Of a DNA stretch of 64,000 nt, positions 52,049 through 62,059 are shown piece by piece (positions within the stretch are counted from its first letter, which is position 1; every line of letters starts with the position of its first letter). The position numbers and the translations under genes are program-made. Origin of the DNA: Escherichia phage KarlGJung; the sequence record MZ501089, one strand, 5' to 3'. A model generated the notes under the pieces. It ran no database searches. It was given only the letters and a program-made list of their open reading frames with translations, and was not told where the DNA came from.

Positions 52049-53368
52049 TCACACATAAAATACGTCATAACGACCACGGGTAACACCAACATAAAGAAGT
52101 TGTTGAGCTAATTCAGCATCTGCATAATGAATGCAAGGCGTATAAATGAAAGCACGGTCTACAGACATACCCTGAGCTTTATGGAATGTTGATGCAGGAA
52201 GTGCTTTCACTTTACTAAACTGTGATTTAGCATCCCAAAAATCACTCCATGGAGCTTTTCCGCCTTTGTTCCAATTTTTATAAGTTTCTGCCGTTTTACC
52301 TAAAAATAGGTTAAACTTATACAGTTCTTCATCAGATGAAATTATTTTAATCTTTTCACGATAATATTCATCATCGCCATAAGTTTCTACTGTTAAATCC
52401 CAATGACGAATTAGATATTCTCCAGGAACACCACGAGCTTTAACAAACGTCGATGTATACTCTGCTTCTATAATACGAACTAATTGTCCGTTATTAAAAA
52501 TAATTTCTGACACAGGCTTTCCATCAATTTTATATGTTTTAATTAATGGTTCCTGCATTACAATAATTTCACCGACAATAAAATCTTTATCAGTTTCAAA
52601 AATCTTTTTACGAATAATGCTATTTAACTTGTCAACAGATTTATTCGTAAATGCCATTACGCGATTTTCAAACAAATCATCTAGTGATTTGACGATTGAA
52701 AAATAATTTACCATAAAATCGCGTAAAGCGGTATCACCAGTAAATCCACGTACTCCATGACCGTCAACAACTTTATCATAAATCCACTTACCGTTGCGAA
52801 CATCAGTAGCTACATCAATAATAGGAGCATTACTGCGTTTAACTTCAGTAAGTTCACACTGATAAAAATCTTTGTGTGTAAAGAATGGACTGATATAAGC
52901 AGTATTTTCTCCTGGATCAACAGGTCTAATTTGCTTATTATCACCTATTCCAATTATAGTACACCAAGGTGGAATAGTTGAAAGCAGAATTTTAAATAGC
53001 TTTCTATCATACATTGACACTTCGTCGCAGATTAATACCCTGCATTTAGCTAAATCTGGTACTTCCTTCTGTTCAAAAAGAACGTTTTCTTCATACGTAA
53101 CTGGGTTAATTTTAAGAATACTATGAATAGTACTTGCTTCTTTCCCTGATAGTTTTGAAAGAATCTTTTTAGCTGCATGAGTAGGAGCTGCTAAAATAAT
53201 ACCAGTTTCACCCGTAGATATTAAAGCTTCAATGATGAACTTAGTAAGAGTAGTCTTACCGGTACCGGCAGGTCCATTAATAGTTACATGGTGTTTCTTT
53301 TCTTTAATAGCCTTCATAACAGTGTTAAAGGCATTTTTCTGGCCTTCGGTCAAATCATCAAATGTCAT
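52049..53368 (-). CDS. dda: Dda DNA helicase (SF1)
   Basis: 439 aa; Walker A GPAGTGKTT; T4 Dda-like N-terminus MTFDDLTEGQKNAFN. Confidence 0.92.
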   Translation of the reverse strand: MTFDDLTEGQKNAFNTVMKAIKEKKHHVTINGPAGTGKTTLTKFIIEALISTGETGIILAAPTHAAKKILSKLSGKEASTIHSILKINPVTYEENVLFEQKEVPDLAKCRVLICDEVSMYDRKLFKILLSTIPPWCTIIGIGDNKQIRPVDPGENTAYISPFFTHKDFYQCELTEVKRSNAPIIDVATDVRNGKWIYDKVVDGHGVRGFTGDTALRDFMVNYFSIVKSLDDLFENRVMAFTNKSVDKLNSIIRKKIFETDKDFIVGEIIVMQEPLIKTYKIDGKPVSEIIFNNGQLVRIIEAEYTSTFVKARGVPGEYLIRHWDLTVETYGDDEYYREKIKIISSDEELYKFNLFLGKTAETYKNWNKGGKAPWSDFWDAKSQFSKVKALPASTFHKAQGMSVDRAFIYTPCIHYADAELAQQLLYVGVTRGRYDVFYV

Positions 53369-53676
53369 CGTAAATTCCCTGCAATTGGTATACTAACAAT
53401 ACGCCCAGTATCTAAAATTCGCTGATATAATCTTTGCGTGTCTACGTCAGGCTTAACATGTTTAACTTCTATTTTATTAAACCAAAATTTACGTGGAGTC
53501 TCAACTAATCTTGGAATTCCCTTACCTAAAGCTAGTCGATACTGCTCTTTAAGAGTAGTAAATACTTTATCAGCAATATTCCATTCAAAAAATACAGCAG
53601 GACGATGTTCATCAAGCGGAACTGGCGCCGTAAATCCGTCTTTGTCTCGGTAAACTATCGCGTATACATAAACCAT
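53365..53676 (-). CDS. hypothetical protein (103 aa)
   Basis: ORF track; ATG start; ATGA overlap with dda. Confidence 0.45.
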   Translation of the reverse strand: MVYVYAIVYRDKDGFTAPVPLDEHRPAVFFEWNIADKVFTTLKEQYRLALGKGIPRLVETPRKFWFNKIEVKHVKPDVDTQRLYQRILDTGRIVSIPIAGNLR

Positions 53677-53677
53677 A

Positions 53678-54424
53678 TTATCCTCGGATAAGTTTAAAAA
53701 TTGAACAATTTAGCGGGTATCCTCTTTTCAGTTTAAGTTTATCAATAAAAGACAAGTTTTGATACCGCTCTACACCTTGAATAATTTTATCACACATATC
53801 ATATTGCATTTCTGCTTCTGACAACTTTTTCACAATTTTCCAATCCGAGCCTTTAAGAAGAACGTTCAATTTAACAACTTCAGCACCTTCTGCTATGCGA
53901 GAACCATCAATACGAGCTTTGAGTGCTATAATCCTTAGCTTAATGTCAGATGTCTGTTTTGATTTAGAAAGCTGAGAAATGTGTTCAATTCGGTTTTCAC
54001 GTTTTTTCTGTATAGCTTTAATTTGATTATAAGTCTTTTTGATTTTAGCCCATTTCTTTTCATCTAAATTTAGTTTATGAACTTTTTTCGCAGATGAATG
54101 ACCAATTCGCAAAGCAAATAAATCACGCTTTTCAATCAACTCTTCTAAAGTATAATCAGAACGAAATGTATTATACTTTTTCTTTACTGCAATAACATTC
54201 CCTTTAATGTATCCAACGTTATTATCAAAACGTTCTAATGATAATTTCTCTCCTTCAATACGATTATCAAAAGGTTCTCCCGAGTAAGCACAAACTTTTT
54301 GATCTAAAATGTTCTTAATGTAATTGAAGTCTAAGTTAAAATCTTTAGAACGTCTTTTTGCAGATGCCTGAGTATGCTCTAGACGACGTTTAATTTTACG
54401 AATTTGGTTATTAGACAGCTTCAT
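53678..54424 (-). CDS. basic, lysine-rich protein (248 aa), Srd-like by position and size
   Basis: ORF track; ATG start; early promoter upstream; lies between dda and modA. Confidence 0.5.
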   Translation of the reverse strand: MKLSNNQIRKIKRRLEHTQASAKRRSKDFNLDFNYIKNILDQKVCAYSGEPFDNRIEGEKLSLERFDNNVGYIKGNVIAVKKKYNTFRSDYTLEELIEKRDLFALRIGHSSAKKVHKLNLDEKKWAKIKKTYNQIKAIQKKRENRIEHISQLSKSKQTSDIKLRIIALKARIDGSRIAEGAEVVKLNVLLKGSDWKIVKKLSEAEMQYDMCDKIIQGVERYQNLSFIDKLKLKRGYPLNCSIFKLIRG

Positions 54425-54457
54425 ATTTTTCTCACATCTTACGGACGGTTAACTACT

Positions 54458-54491
54458 TATACTATAACATTTTTACCTTAACTTGTAAACA
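54458..54491 (-). promoter_or_regulatory. early promoter upstream of the srd-like gene
   Basis: Minus-sense (T)GTTTAC, 18 nt, TATAGT. Confidence 0.55.
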
Positions 54492-54502
54492 ACTTTATGA
54501 AA

Positions 54503-54529
54503 AATGCTTTAAAACTTTCATGGTATAAT
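54503..54529 (+). promoter_or_regulatory. candidate MotA-type middle promoter on the plus strand (antisense to modA)
   Basis: Plus-strand AAATGCTTTA (MotA-box-like), 12-nt spacer, TATAAT; would transcribe into the modA/modB antisense strand. Confidence 0.3.
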
Positions 54530-54546
54530 GAATCTAAGTCCTTCCA

Positions 54547-55149
54547 TTATAGATTAAATCCTTCAAAATCAAGAGTATAGATAGTGTATGTTGAATACTT
54601 TTTATACTCGTATCTATCCGCAATTCTAAATACACTTCCAGCTGGTATCATTACTTCTTGTTCATCTGAAACTAATTCCATATTACGATAGCGATGGCTA
54701 TCCGGAAACTTAAAACTCGGACTATATTCTTTACAACGTAGAGCTTTTATAGCATACTCCTGGAAATTGAATACCATAGGAGCTTTGAATTCAAAAATAA
54801 CTTGTGTGTTATACTCTAAACCGGAAGCAAAATGTAGAGCTATATTTTTATCATATGAAGCTGATACGACTTTATCAAATGTAATAATATCAATTCCTTG
54901 ATTTAATACTTGCTTAGTCTCAGCTGGAACACCTCTCCAAAGAGGTTTATCGTTTGGTTCCAAACGAGATTTGATTATTTCATTTAACCAAGTATGGTCA
55001 TCTGGTTTATTAGTAATACAATGAATTAAAAGTTCAATTTCAGATAAATTAAACCCTTCAGAAAGTAATTCTTCACGAATAGAAGCACGCACCGATGCAT
55101 CCATTGATTTGATTTTAAAATCTTTTAATTGCATTGCTGAATATTTCAT
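54547..55149 (-). CDS. modA: ADP-ribosyltransferase ModA
   Basis: 200 aa; ART-like elements (LWRGVP arginine, ...EQEVMIPAG glutamate); adjacent paralog ModB. Confidence 0.8.
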   Translation of the reverse strand: MKYSAMQLKDFKIKSMDASVRASIREELLSEGFNLSEIELLIHCITNKPDDHTWLNEIIKSRLEPNDKPLWRGVPAETKQVLNQGIDIITFDKVVSASYDKNIALHFASGLEYNTQVIFEFKAPMVFNFQEYAIKALRCKEYSPSFKFPDSHRYRNMELVSDEQEVMIPAGSVFRIADRYEYKKYSTYTIYTLDFEGFNL

Positions 55150-55769
55150 TCAACTACCTCAATATCATACACTTTAAATGTTCCAAATGAATCGTGTAAT
55201 TTTTCTTTTGAAATAGAAGTTATTCTATACTTTCCAATTGGAATCATCCATTCTTGTTCACGCACAATCATCATTAAGTTATCAGTACGCTCTGAATCTA
55301 ATCCATCAGTATCTTCATATGTATACTTAAATTCAGTATTAGGAGAAGAAAGTATAATATCGCTGATATGGTCAGAATAATTAAAAGCTTTATCAGTTTT
55401 TAAGCGAAATATTATTTCAGTGAAATACTCAACATAAGAAAAACCACATGCTGTGTGCAAACTAGTAGTAAATGAATCTACTCTGTTCGTTGAAAACACT
55501 TCTCCGACTTGTAAATCTTTAATGAGTTCTTTTGTCGATTTTGATATACCACGATATAGCTGATAAGGCGATTTAGTTAAATGCTTTTTAACGATTTTAT
55601 TCAACTGCCGATGAAGAGCTTCATTCTTTTTGGCTTCCATACACTGCCAAAGAACTGACTGTTCAAAGTCAGTAAATTTTTCACAGACCTTTTTGTACAT
55701 ATCATATTGAAAATCAACACTTTCAGCTTTTATAGATAACTGTTCAACATCTGCGAGATTAATAATCAT
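55146..55769 (-). CDS. modB: ADP-ribosyltransferase ModB
   Basis: 207 aa from the ATG with GGAGG Shine-Dalgarno (MIINLADVEQ...); ART-like elements (LYRGIS, ...EQEWMIPIG). Confidence 0.8.
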   Translation of the reverse strand: MIINLADVEQLSIKAESVDFQYDMYKKVCEKFTDFEQSVLWQCMEAKKNEALHRQLNKIVKKHLTKSPYQLYRGISKSTKELIKDLQVGEVFSTNRVDSFTTSLHTACGFSYVEYFTEIIFRLKTDKAFNYSDHISDIILSSPNTEFKYTYEDTDGLDSERTDNLMMIVREQEWMIPIGKYRITSISKEKLHDSFGTFKVYDIEVVE

Positions 55770-55791
55770 GATAGCCTCCATATACTTCAGA

Positions 55792-55826
55792 AGCTATCAT
55801 ATCATTGTTAGGAAGGAAAGTAAACA
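55792..55826 (-). promoter_or_regulatory. early promoter upstream of modB
   Basis: Minus-sense (T)GTTTAC, 17 nt, weak -10 (ATATGAT). Confidence 0.4.
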
Positions 55827-55836
55827 ACTTTTTGAA

Positions 55837-56019
55837 TTATTTTGCCCAGGGAGCCCAAGGCGGAGGGTCAAGATGGTATGAAGCTAGTTCTTCTAGAAGA
55901 GCATCTGGGGCTTCAATTCCATAATTCTGTAATACTATACGGTACTCTTTCTTATAATCACTAGAATCATTCTGGATATTCGTAGAATGATTATCTTCTA
56001 ACATCTCAAATAAATCCAT
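55837..56019 (-). CDS. hypothetical protein (60 aa)
   Basis: ORF track. Confidence 0.4.
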   Translation of the reverse strand: MDLFEMLEDNHSTNIQNDSSDYKKEYRIVLQNYGIEAPDALLEELASYHLDPPPWAPWAK

Positions 56020-56027
56020 ATTAATTC

Positions 56028-56510
56028 CTAGCGATAAAAACCAAAATAACGATTAGCTTCAATAATCTTTCTTTCTTCTTCAGATATTCTCCAGCGTAGT
56101 CCAACATCAAAATGAGCCCAGACCATCTTAACAAATGCATTTATATCTTTAATATCTTCAATAATGAATGTTTTACTTTTAGAAGGTTGACCTGCTAAAT
56201 TAAGTGCTAATTTAACTTTATCGTCTTCAAACAGGGCAAAAAGACCATATTCATGAGCTCTTTTATAGCCTTTAATAGTTAAAGCTTCAGAAGAAGAAAA
56301 CGGTGAATCAGTATTCTGTAAAATATCTTCAGTATGCTTTATAATTAGAATAACATTTTCTGGATATTTTCTTTCTTTTATATCTTTAATTAAAAGATCC
56401 GGATTTTCTGCTAAAGGAATAATTAATGAGCATTTTTTATCAAGTGCATTTACTGATTTACCTTCTTTAGACATAAATTCTATTGAATAATGTTTTGCTA
56501 CTTCAATCAT
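56028..56510 (-). CDS. hypothetical protein (160 aa)
   Basis: ORF track; ATG start overlapping the upstream small ORF stop. Confidence 0.45.
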   Translation of the reverse strand: MIEVAKHYSIEFMSKEGKSVNALDKKCSLIIPLAENPDLLIKDIKERKYPENVILIIKHTEDILQNTDSPFSSSEALTIKGYKRAHEYGLFALFEDDKVKLALNLAGQPSKSKTFIIEDIKDINAFVKMVWAHFDVGLRWRISEEERKIIEANRYFGFYR

Positions 56511-56667
56511 GTGATTTCCTTTTGCCTACTAATGGGCCGTCAGGAATTTTGTTTTCCTGGATATATTTCTCATTTTCTTCCATCATTTTACTGCCAATTT
56601 TAAGAAGCAAATCCAGTGCTTCATTTGCTTTAGCCTTGGCCTCTTCTAGCGTCATATCTCTGTTCAT
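56503..56667 (-). CDS. small hypothetical protein (about 54 aa)
   Basis: Hand-translated [42 protein letters not shown]...; ATGA overlaps at both ends; not in the ORF track. Confidence 0.3.
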   Translation of the reverse strand: MNRDMTLEEAKAKANEALDLLLKIGSKMMEENEKYIQENKIPDGPLVGKRKSHD

Positions 56668-56867
56668 GATTTATCCCCATAGATATCTCTCATCAATTTA
56701 AGCGCTGAGCGTTCTAATTTCTTTTCTTTCTCAGCACTAATCATTGATTTCATCCATTCTTCTGATTCGTTCTGCATTTCTTTATTTGCTTGTTCAACCC
56801 AACCATCATCAATATACATCGAGTTTGGTCTATTGAACCATTCAAGCATCTTCTTCAGAGCTTTCAT
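56664..56867 (-). CDS. hypothetical protein (67 aa)
   Basis: ORF track. Confidence 0.4.
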   Translation of the reverse strand: MKALKKMLEWFNRPNSMYIDDGWVEQANKEMQNESEEWMKSMISAEKEKKLERSALKLMRDIYGDKS

Positions 56868-57339
56868 TTGTTTTACCTAAAACAACAGTAGGAGCATCAT
56901 CAAATTCATGAATTTTGAGCAAATTTGGATGTAAACTATTCCATACAGAAGAAATAAAGTATGATAAAGCATCTTCACTCGCAATTATAAATTTATTTCC
57001 TTTATCTATTTTCCAACTATATACTGAATCGTACGAATAAAAAGATAAAGGTTTATCATTATATTGTTCTGCGCTAACATTAATGTATTCTGATTTAGTA
57101 AATGCTTCAATTGCTCTAAACGGAATATTTGGTACAGTTTCAATAATACCAATCTTTTTAAGTTTTATTTCAGCATCTTCTGGAACTGGCATTGAAACGA
57201 AATTTTCTACGAGATACATTGGGTCACAATAACCCTTATCAATCATTACTGCTACAGTAATTGGAACATCTTTAGCAAATGACAAACTATTACTGCTAAT
57301 ATACATTTCAAACAAAATCGCTTCCATAATTTTCCTCAA
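56842..57339 (-). CDS. hypothetical protein (165 aa)
   Basis: ORF track; start uncertain. Confidence 0.4.
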   Translation of the reverse strand: MRKIMEAILFEMYISSNSLSFAKDVPITVAVMIDKGYCDPMYLVENFVSMPVPEDAEIKLKKIGIIETVPNIPFRAIEAFTKSEYINVSAEQYNDKPLSFYSYDSVYSWKIDKGNKFIIASEDALSYFISSVWNSLHPNLLKIHEFDDAPTVVLGKTNESSEEDA

Positions 57340-57677
57340 TCACAAGATGTAGATGAACAACTAGAATCACAAGAACTTCCACATGAATCGCCCGTCCACA
57401 CATGAACAGGAACATTAGTATCATATGAATCAGAACTAGACTGTGTATTCTGCGTATTAGATGATGTAGTAGGTGTTGACCAGCGCCAAGGATTTTTATA
57501 ATATTCTTGGGCTTCTTCATAAGTCATAGTAACTGCTTCTACTGTTCCATCTCCCATATAAACATACTCAACTACAGTTAAAGGAAGGTAGTCATTTGAA
57601 ATAGGAACTACACCTTCTCCGGGAGTTGTAGAGAAAAAATCTGTAAAGAAACTTTTAAACCAATTAAAGATAAACAT
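57336..57677 (-). CDS. hypothetical protein with cysteine-rich C-terminus (113 aa)
   Basis: ORF track; ends ...[18 protein letters not shown], preceded by a Ser/Thr-rich stretch. Confidence 0.45.
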   Translation of the reverse strand: MFIFNWFKSFFTDFFSTTPGEGVVPISNDYLPLTVVEYVYMGDGTVEAVTMTYEEAQEYYKNPWRWSTPTTSSNTQNTQSSSDSYDTNVPVHVWTGDSCGSSCDSSCSSTSCD

Positions 57678-57883
57678 TACAAAAAGCCTTTCTTGAATTC
57701 GACTTGCTTCTCACCATAATCATATCGAATTTCTGCATTAAATTCGACAGAACCATCTGCGTACATCATAAATGAATGCACAACAACTTCTGTAGACCAT
57801 GGTTGTAGTTCATATTTCTTCATTACGTGTCGTGAAATGATAATATCTAAATCTTCATTCGGTTTAATCCAACGATTTAACAT
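57677..57883 (-). CDS. hypothetical protein (68 aa)
   Basis: ORF track; ATG start with GAGGAGAG Shine-Dalgarno; early promoter upstream. Confidence 0.45.
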   Translation of the reverse strand: MLNRWIKPNEDLDIIISRHVMKKYELQPWSTEVVVHSFMMYADGSVEFNAEIRYDYGEKQVEFKKGFL

Positions 57884-57906
57884 AGCGCTCTCCTCTATAA
57901 GATAAT

Positions 57907-57940
57907 TCTATTATACCATACTCATTTTGGAAAGTAAACC
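57907..57940 (-). promoter_or_regulatory. early promoter
   Basis: Minus-sense GGTTTAC, 18 nt, TATAAT; immediately downstream of the soc terminator. Confidence 0.6.
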
Positions 57941-57947
57941 ATTTAAA

Positions 57948-57973
57948 TGAAAAAAGGACTCCCGAAGGAGTCC
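57948..57973 (-). terminator. Rho-independent terminator after soc
   Basis: Minus-sense GGACUCC-UUCG-GGAGUCC followed by UUUUUUCAUUU. Confidence 0.65.
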
Positions 57974-57981
57974 TTGAATTA

Positions 57982-58227
57982 TTAACCACCAGTTACTTTC
58001 CACAAATCTTCGTTTGCAGCAATCCATTCAGTACGCTGATTTTCTTCATATACAGTAGTATATGCTGCTTTTTCTGAAGGGAACGTCTGGTAATGAGCAC
58101 CAGAAATTTTGTGAACGTCAGAATAAAGAGGGAAAGCTACTGAAATTTCCTTTCCTTCAATTTTCTTATTTCCATCTAATTTCTGCTCAAATGTTTTGAT
58201 ATTAACATAACCGCGAGTACTAGCCAT
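57982..58227 (-). CDS. soc: Soc small outer capsid protein
   Basis: 81-codon ORF MASTRGYVNIKTFEQKLDGNKKIEGKEISVAF...; late promoter upstream and terminator downstream. Confidence 0.9.
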   Translation of the reverse strand: MASTRGYVNIKTFEQKLDGNKKIEGKEISVAFPLYSDVHKISGAHYQTFPSEKAAYTTVYEENQRTEWIAANEDLWKVTGG

Positions 58228-58257
58228 GTAATTCTCCTTTTATTTAAATTACATGAT

Positions 58258-58265
58258 TATTTATA
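58258..58265 (-). promoter_or_regulatory. late promoter (TATAAATA) for soc
   Basis: Exact minus-sense TATAAATA about 30 nt upstream of the soc ATG. Confidence 0.6.
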
Positions 58266-58295
58266 ATAAATTCTCGCGGCTTTTAAGACGAGCTG

Positions 58296-58814
58296 TTAAT
58301 AACCTCGGTCTTGACGAACGAAATTTTCAGCATTTTTCAGATAATAAAGTTTAAAGATTTCTTCTGCTGTAAGACCAAGACCTTGAAACATGTTCAGAAC
58401 AAAATGGAGAATATCAATCATTTCGAATTTGATTTCTAACTGGTCCTGTGGAGACAAATCAGTAATCAGAGTTTCACGACGTTCACCATGCTGAGCTTTC
58501 CACGGCTTCCATACAGCAGATGCATCTTTTTCGCCATTGCTCATACCACCAAGAGAAGTCAGAAGTTCGCGGAATTCATCATCAATATAATCTTTCTGAT
58601 TACGCAGCCAATCAACAACTTCACCTGCAGTAGCCAAATCATCAGGATGACGGTTATATTCAGGTTTATCTTTAGCTAAACGAATCTGCAGAGATTTCTG
58701 CATGTCAAGCATTACCTGCAGCGGGTCTTTTTCATCACCGAGAATATCCCAATATTCATTTTGAGCTTTATCAGCGCCTTCGATCAGTTGACTACATTCG
58801 TTAAAGTAAGCCAT
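58296..58814 (-). CDS. 56: gp56 dCTPase/dUTPase (MazG-like)
   Basis: About 172 aa from the ATG (MAYFNECSQLIEGADKAQNEYWD...); track start is TTG, 5 codons upstream. Confidence 0.85.
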   Translation of the reverse strand: MAYFNECSQLIEGADKAQNEYWDILGDEKDPLQVMLDMQKSLQIRLAKDKPEYNRHPDDLATAGEVVDWLRNQKDYIDDEFRELLTSLGGMSNGEKDASAVWKPWKAQHGERRETLITDLSPQDQLEIKFEMIDILHFVLNMFQGLGLTAEEIFKLYYLKNAENFVRQDRGY

Positions 58815-58874
58815 TATTTTTCCTTTCAATTCATTAATAAGTTAAATAATTATATCATTTGAGTATGTAAGCAA

Positions 58875-59663
<789 letters not shown>

Positions 59664-59667
59664 TCAT

Positions 59668-59862
59668 TTATTGCAGCAAAAAAAATGAATTATACAATTC
59701 ATCATCATATGTATTTGATAGTAATACTAACACGTTTTGCGATTTAGCATATTCATTAAACCTCGCCTGAATAGTTGGATTATCAGTAAATGATTCTCTT
59801 TTTGTCCATTTATTACGTGGATAATATCCGCATGGTAAAAAATCTAATATCATCCTCAGCAA
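59668..59862 (-). CDS. hypothetical protein (64 aa, uncertain start)
   Basis: ORF track; first codon is TTG, and the internal ATG has almost no spacing to its GAGG; may be leaderless or not real. Confidence 0.3.
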   Translation of the reverse strand: MLRMILDFLPCGYYPRNKWTKRESFTDNPTIQARFNEYAKSQNVLVLLSNTYDDELYNSFFLLQ

Positions 59863-59867
59863 TTTAT

Positions 59868-59901
59868 TTTATAATACCATAACAAGCTGAAAAAGTAAAC
59901 A
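59868..59901 (-). promoter_or_regulatory. early promoter
   Basis: Minus-sense GTTTAC, 18 nt, TATTAT. Confidence 0.5.
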
Positions 59902-59944
59902 AATTTATGAAATTTGTGATAAATATTAATTTAAAGGAGGACAT

Positions 59945-60145
59945 ATGGTACAAAAATTAATGGCACTTGTTAATGCCATAAAAGGTAATAAAAAACGTAT
60001 AGCTTTTACTATTTCTGCTATGGTAGGAATTTTACTCTGGAATTTTGTTTTATCGCCAATTGCTATTGCTCACGGCGTTAATATTCCAGTAATTACTCTT
60101 GATACATTCGTAGATTTAGCATTTGCTTTGGTTGGGTTAATTTAA
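59945..60145 (+). CDS. small membrane protein (66 aa), opposite strand to its neighbours
   Basis: ORF track; ATG start with strong AAGGAGG Shine-Dalgarno; two predicted hydrophobic helices; 3' end overlaps the gene 61 stop. Confidence 0.5.
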   Translation: MVQKLMALVNAIKGNKKRIAFTISAMVGILLWNFVLSPIAIAHGVNIPVITLDTFVDLAFALVGLI

Positions 60146-61170
60146 ATCTTGGCATATTTAGATAGCCTCATTTTAGCCATCAACCCTTGGGCAATATTAT
60201 TTTTCATATATTCCATAATTTGTTCAGGGGTTGCACCTTCCTTTCTAATCATATCATTAACATCTTTTGATTTCCAGGGAGATTTATCCCAAAACATAAC
60301 CCTTTCTCCTGCATCAACTAATTTAGTCATTCGCTTAATTGTATCAGGGTGACGAGGTTCATTATCTAAGACCCACACTCGTCTATCTTTAAATGGAACA
60401 ATTTCTAGGTCTAATTGACCACCCGTAATAGCTATACCATTTTCAATAAAAAGTGAATCTATAGGTCCTTCTAGAACATATACATCGCCATCTTTAACTC
60501 GTTCGACTCCATAGATTTTTGTTGCCTCAGGATAAGCTTTGATGGTGATATATTTTTGAGGAGCATCTTTCTTTAATGCACGTCCTTGAAAAGACTCAGC
60601 TTTTCCATTAGCATTATAAATTGGAATAACAAGACGAGGCTCAGAAATTTCCTTTTTGTATGTTCCCGGTGCTATGCTATTAACTAATTTAGGCCATTCG
60701 GTTGTAAACCAAAGATATTTCCATTTATCCTTTGGAATACAACGAGCTTTTACATATTTTATAATTGGATGGTCTTCCGCCAGTTTATCTAATCTAACGC
60801 ATGACGGAAGAGATTTAATTATTTTCTTCTCAGGTTGTTTAGGAAGTTCTTTAGGTTTTTCTACTGGACGACTTTTACCTTTTTCTTTTCTTATTTCAAA
60901 GATATACTCACGATATAAATCAGGTTCAAACTCCTTTAAATATATTCCGATTGGTGCATGATAGTTACAGTTATAACAATGAATATTTCCTTCATTATTA
61001 TCGCCATAATACCATCCACGAGCTTTATTCTGGTCGGTTTTTGAATCTCCACAAACAGGGCATCTAAACCGTAATTTAAAAGTTGAACTATTATTTACTT
61101 GTGTGAATTTAGGTAAATGAGCTAATGCACGGTATGCAAACTCATTATCAATCCAAGGTATTGATGACAT
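60142..61170 (-). CDS. 61: gp61 DNA primase
   Basis: 342 aa; N-terminal zinc ribbon (CPVCGDSKTD ... CYNC) and TOPRIM-type core. Confidence 0.92.
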   Translation of the reverse strand: MSSIPWIDNEFAYRALAHLPKFTQVNNSSTFKLRFRCPVCGDSKTDQNKARGWYYGDNNEGNIHCYNCNYHAPIGIYLKEFEPDLYREYIFEIRKEKGKSRPVEKPKELPKQPEKKIIKSLPSCVRLDKLAEDHPIIKYVKARCIPKDKWKYLWFTTEWPKLVNSIAPGTYKKEISEPRLVIPIYNANGKAESFQGRALKKDAPQKYITIKAYPEATKIYGVERVKDGDVYVLEGPIDSLFIENGIAITGGQLDLEIVPFKDRRVWVLDNEPRHPDTIKRMTKLVDAGERVMFWDKSPWKSKDVNDMIRKEGATPEQIMEYMKNNIAQGLMAKMRLSKYAKI

Positions 61171-61172
61171 TT

Positions 61173-61337
61173 TTACTCTTCTTTTTCTTTAGATTCCTCT
61201 TTTTTCTTTTTAGGAATCTGTTCAGGACCTTTATTTACTACAGCGCCTGATGTTGTTCCAGTAGAGATATTTTCAGGATTACCACCTGAATCTCCAGCGA
61301 CCATATCTTCTTTGATAAATTCTTTATATGTTTTCAT
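61173..61337 (-). CDS. small hypothetical protein (about 54 aa)
   Basis: Hand-translated MKTYKEFIKEDMVAGDSGGNPENISTGTTSGAVVNKGPEQIPKKKKEESKEKEE; directly upstream of gene 61; not in the ORF track. Confidence 0.35.
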   Translation of the reverse strand: MKTYKEFIKEDMVAGDSGGNPENISTGTTSGAVVNKGPEQIPKKKKEESKEKEE

Positions 61338-61338
61338 A

Positions 61339-61695
61339 TTAACCTCTATTCATAAAAGCATTAAAAATTTGGTCATCAATAGATGGTGCAGTAATATTTT
61401 CTGCATCATTTAGCAAATCATTAATTTCATCAGATAGCATAACACATGTACCTTTATTTCCTGTAATTGTTACTGCGCAATTACGAACGTTTTCTTTATT
61501 AAATTTTAGGTTAATATTTTCGTAATGAAAATCCTTTAATGCCGAATATATCTTTAAAATGAAATTGTCTTTTACTACAATAAACCCAACCTCACTATTA
61601 AAACGTGGTTCATGGAAACTGTAATAAACCTTTTCATCTATAAAATCGTATGAAATTTTTTCCATTTTTAAATATGAAAATTCAGAACTATACAT
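61339..61695 (-). CDS. hypothetical protein (118 aa)
   Basis: ORF track; ATG start. Confidence 0.45.
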   Translation of the reverse strand: MYSSEFSYLKMEKISYDFIDEKVYYSFHEPRFNSEVGFIVVKDNFILKIYSALKDFHYENINLKFNKENVRNCAVTITGNKGTCVMLSDEINDLLNDAENITAPSIDDQIFNAFMNRG

Positions 61696-61707
61696 ACTAA
61701 CCTCTAA

Positions 61708-62001
61708 TTACTCACCTACCACTTCAGCGATGATATTTTTGTTATTAAAGTTTTTATCGCAATACAGAACATAATTATACTGCATTACACCACCAGACTT
61801 AAGCTGTTTTTGCACTTCGGCTTTCATTTCAGGACGATCGCGCTCAACGATATTCATAATATCTGCTTCAATTTGAGTTTCAACCTCAGTCTGATCCGCA
61901 GTCATAGACCATTCGCACAAATCTTTATCATAGCCTGCCATAGCAGGCTGAGCAGCACAAGAAGATAAAGCAAAAATTGTAGCAAAGATAAATTTTTTCA
62001 T
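61708..62001 (-). CDS. sp: secreted periplasmic protein, Spackle-like
   Basis: 97 aa with a signal peptide (MKKFIFATIFALSSCAAQPAMA); third ORF downstream of gene 41, where T4 sp (61.3) lies. Confidence 0.55.
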   Translation of the reverse strand: MKKFIFATIFALSSCAAQPAMAGYDKDLCEWSMTADQTEVETQIEADIMNIVERDRPEMKAEVQKQLKSGGVMQYNYVLYCDKNFNNKNIIAEVVGE

Positions 62002-62023
62002 GATAATCTCCTCAGTAGTTTAT

Positions 62024-62058
62024 GTTTATAGTATCTCAATTTCCAACAAAAGTAAACA
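62024..62058 (-). promoter_or_regulatory. early promoter upstream of the sp-like gene
   Basis: Minus-sense GTTTAC, 18 nt, TACTAT. Confidence 0.5.
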
Positions 62059-62059
62059 G

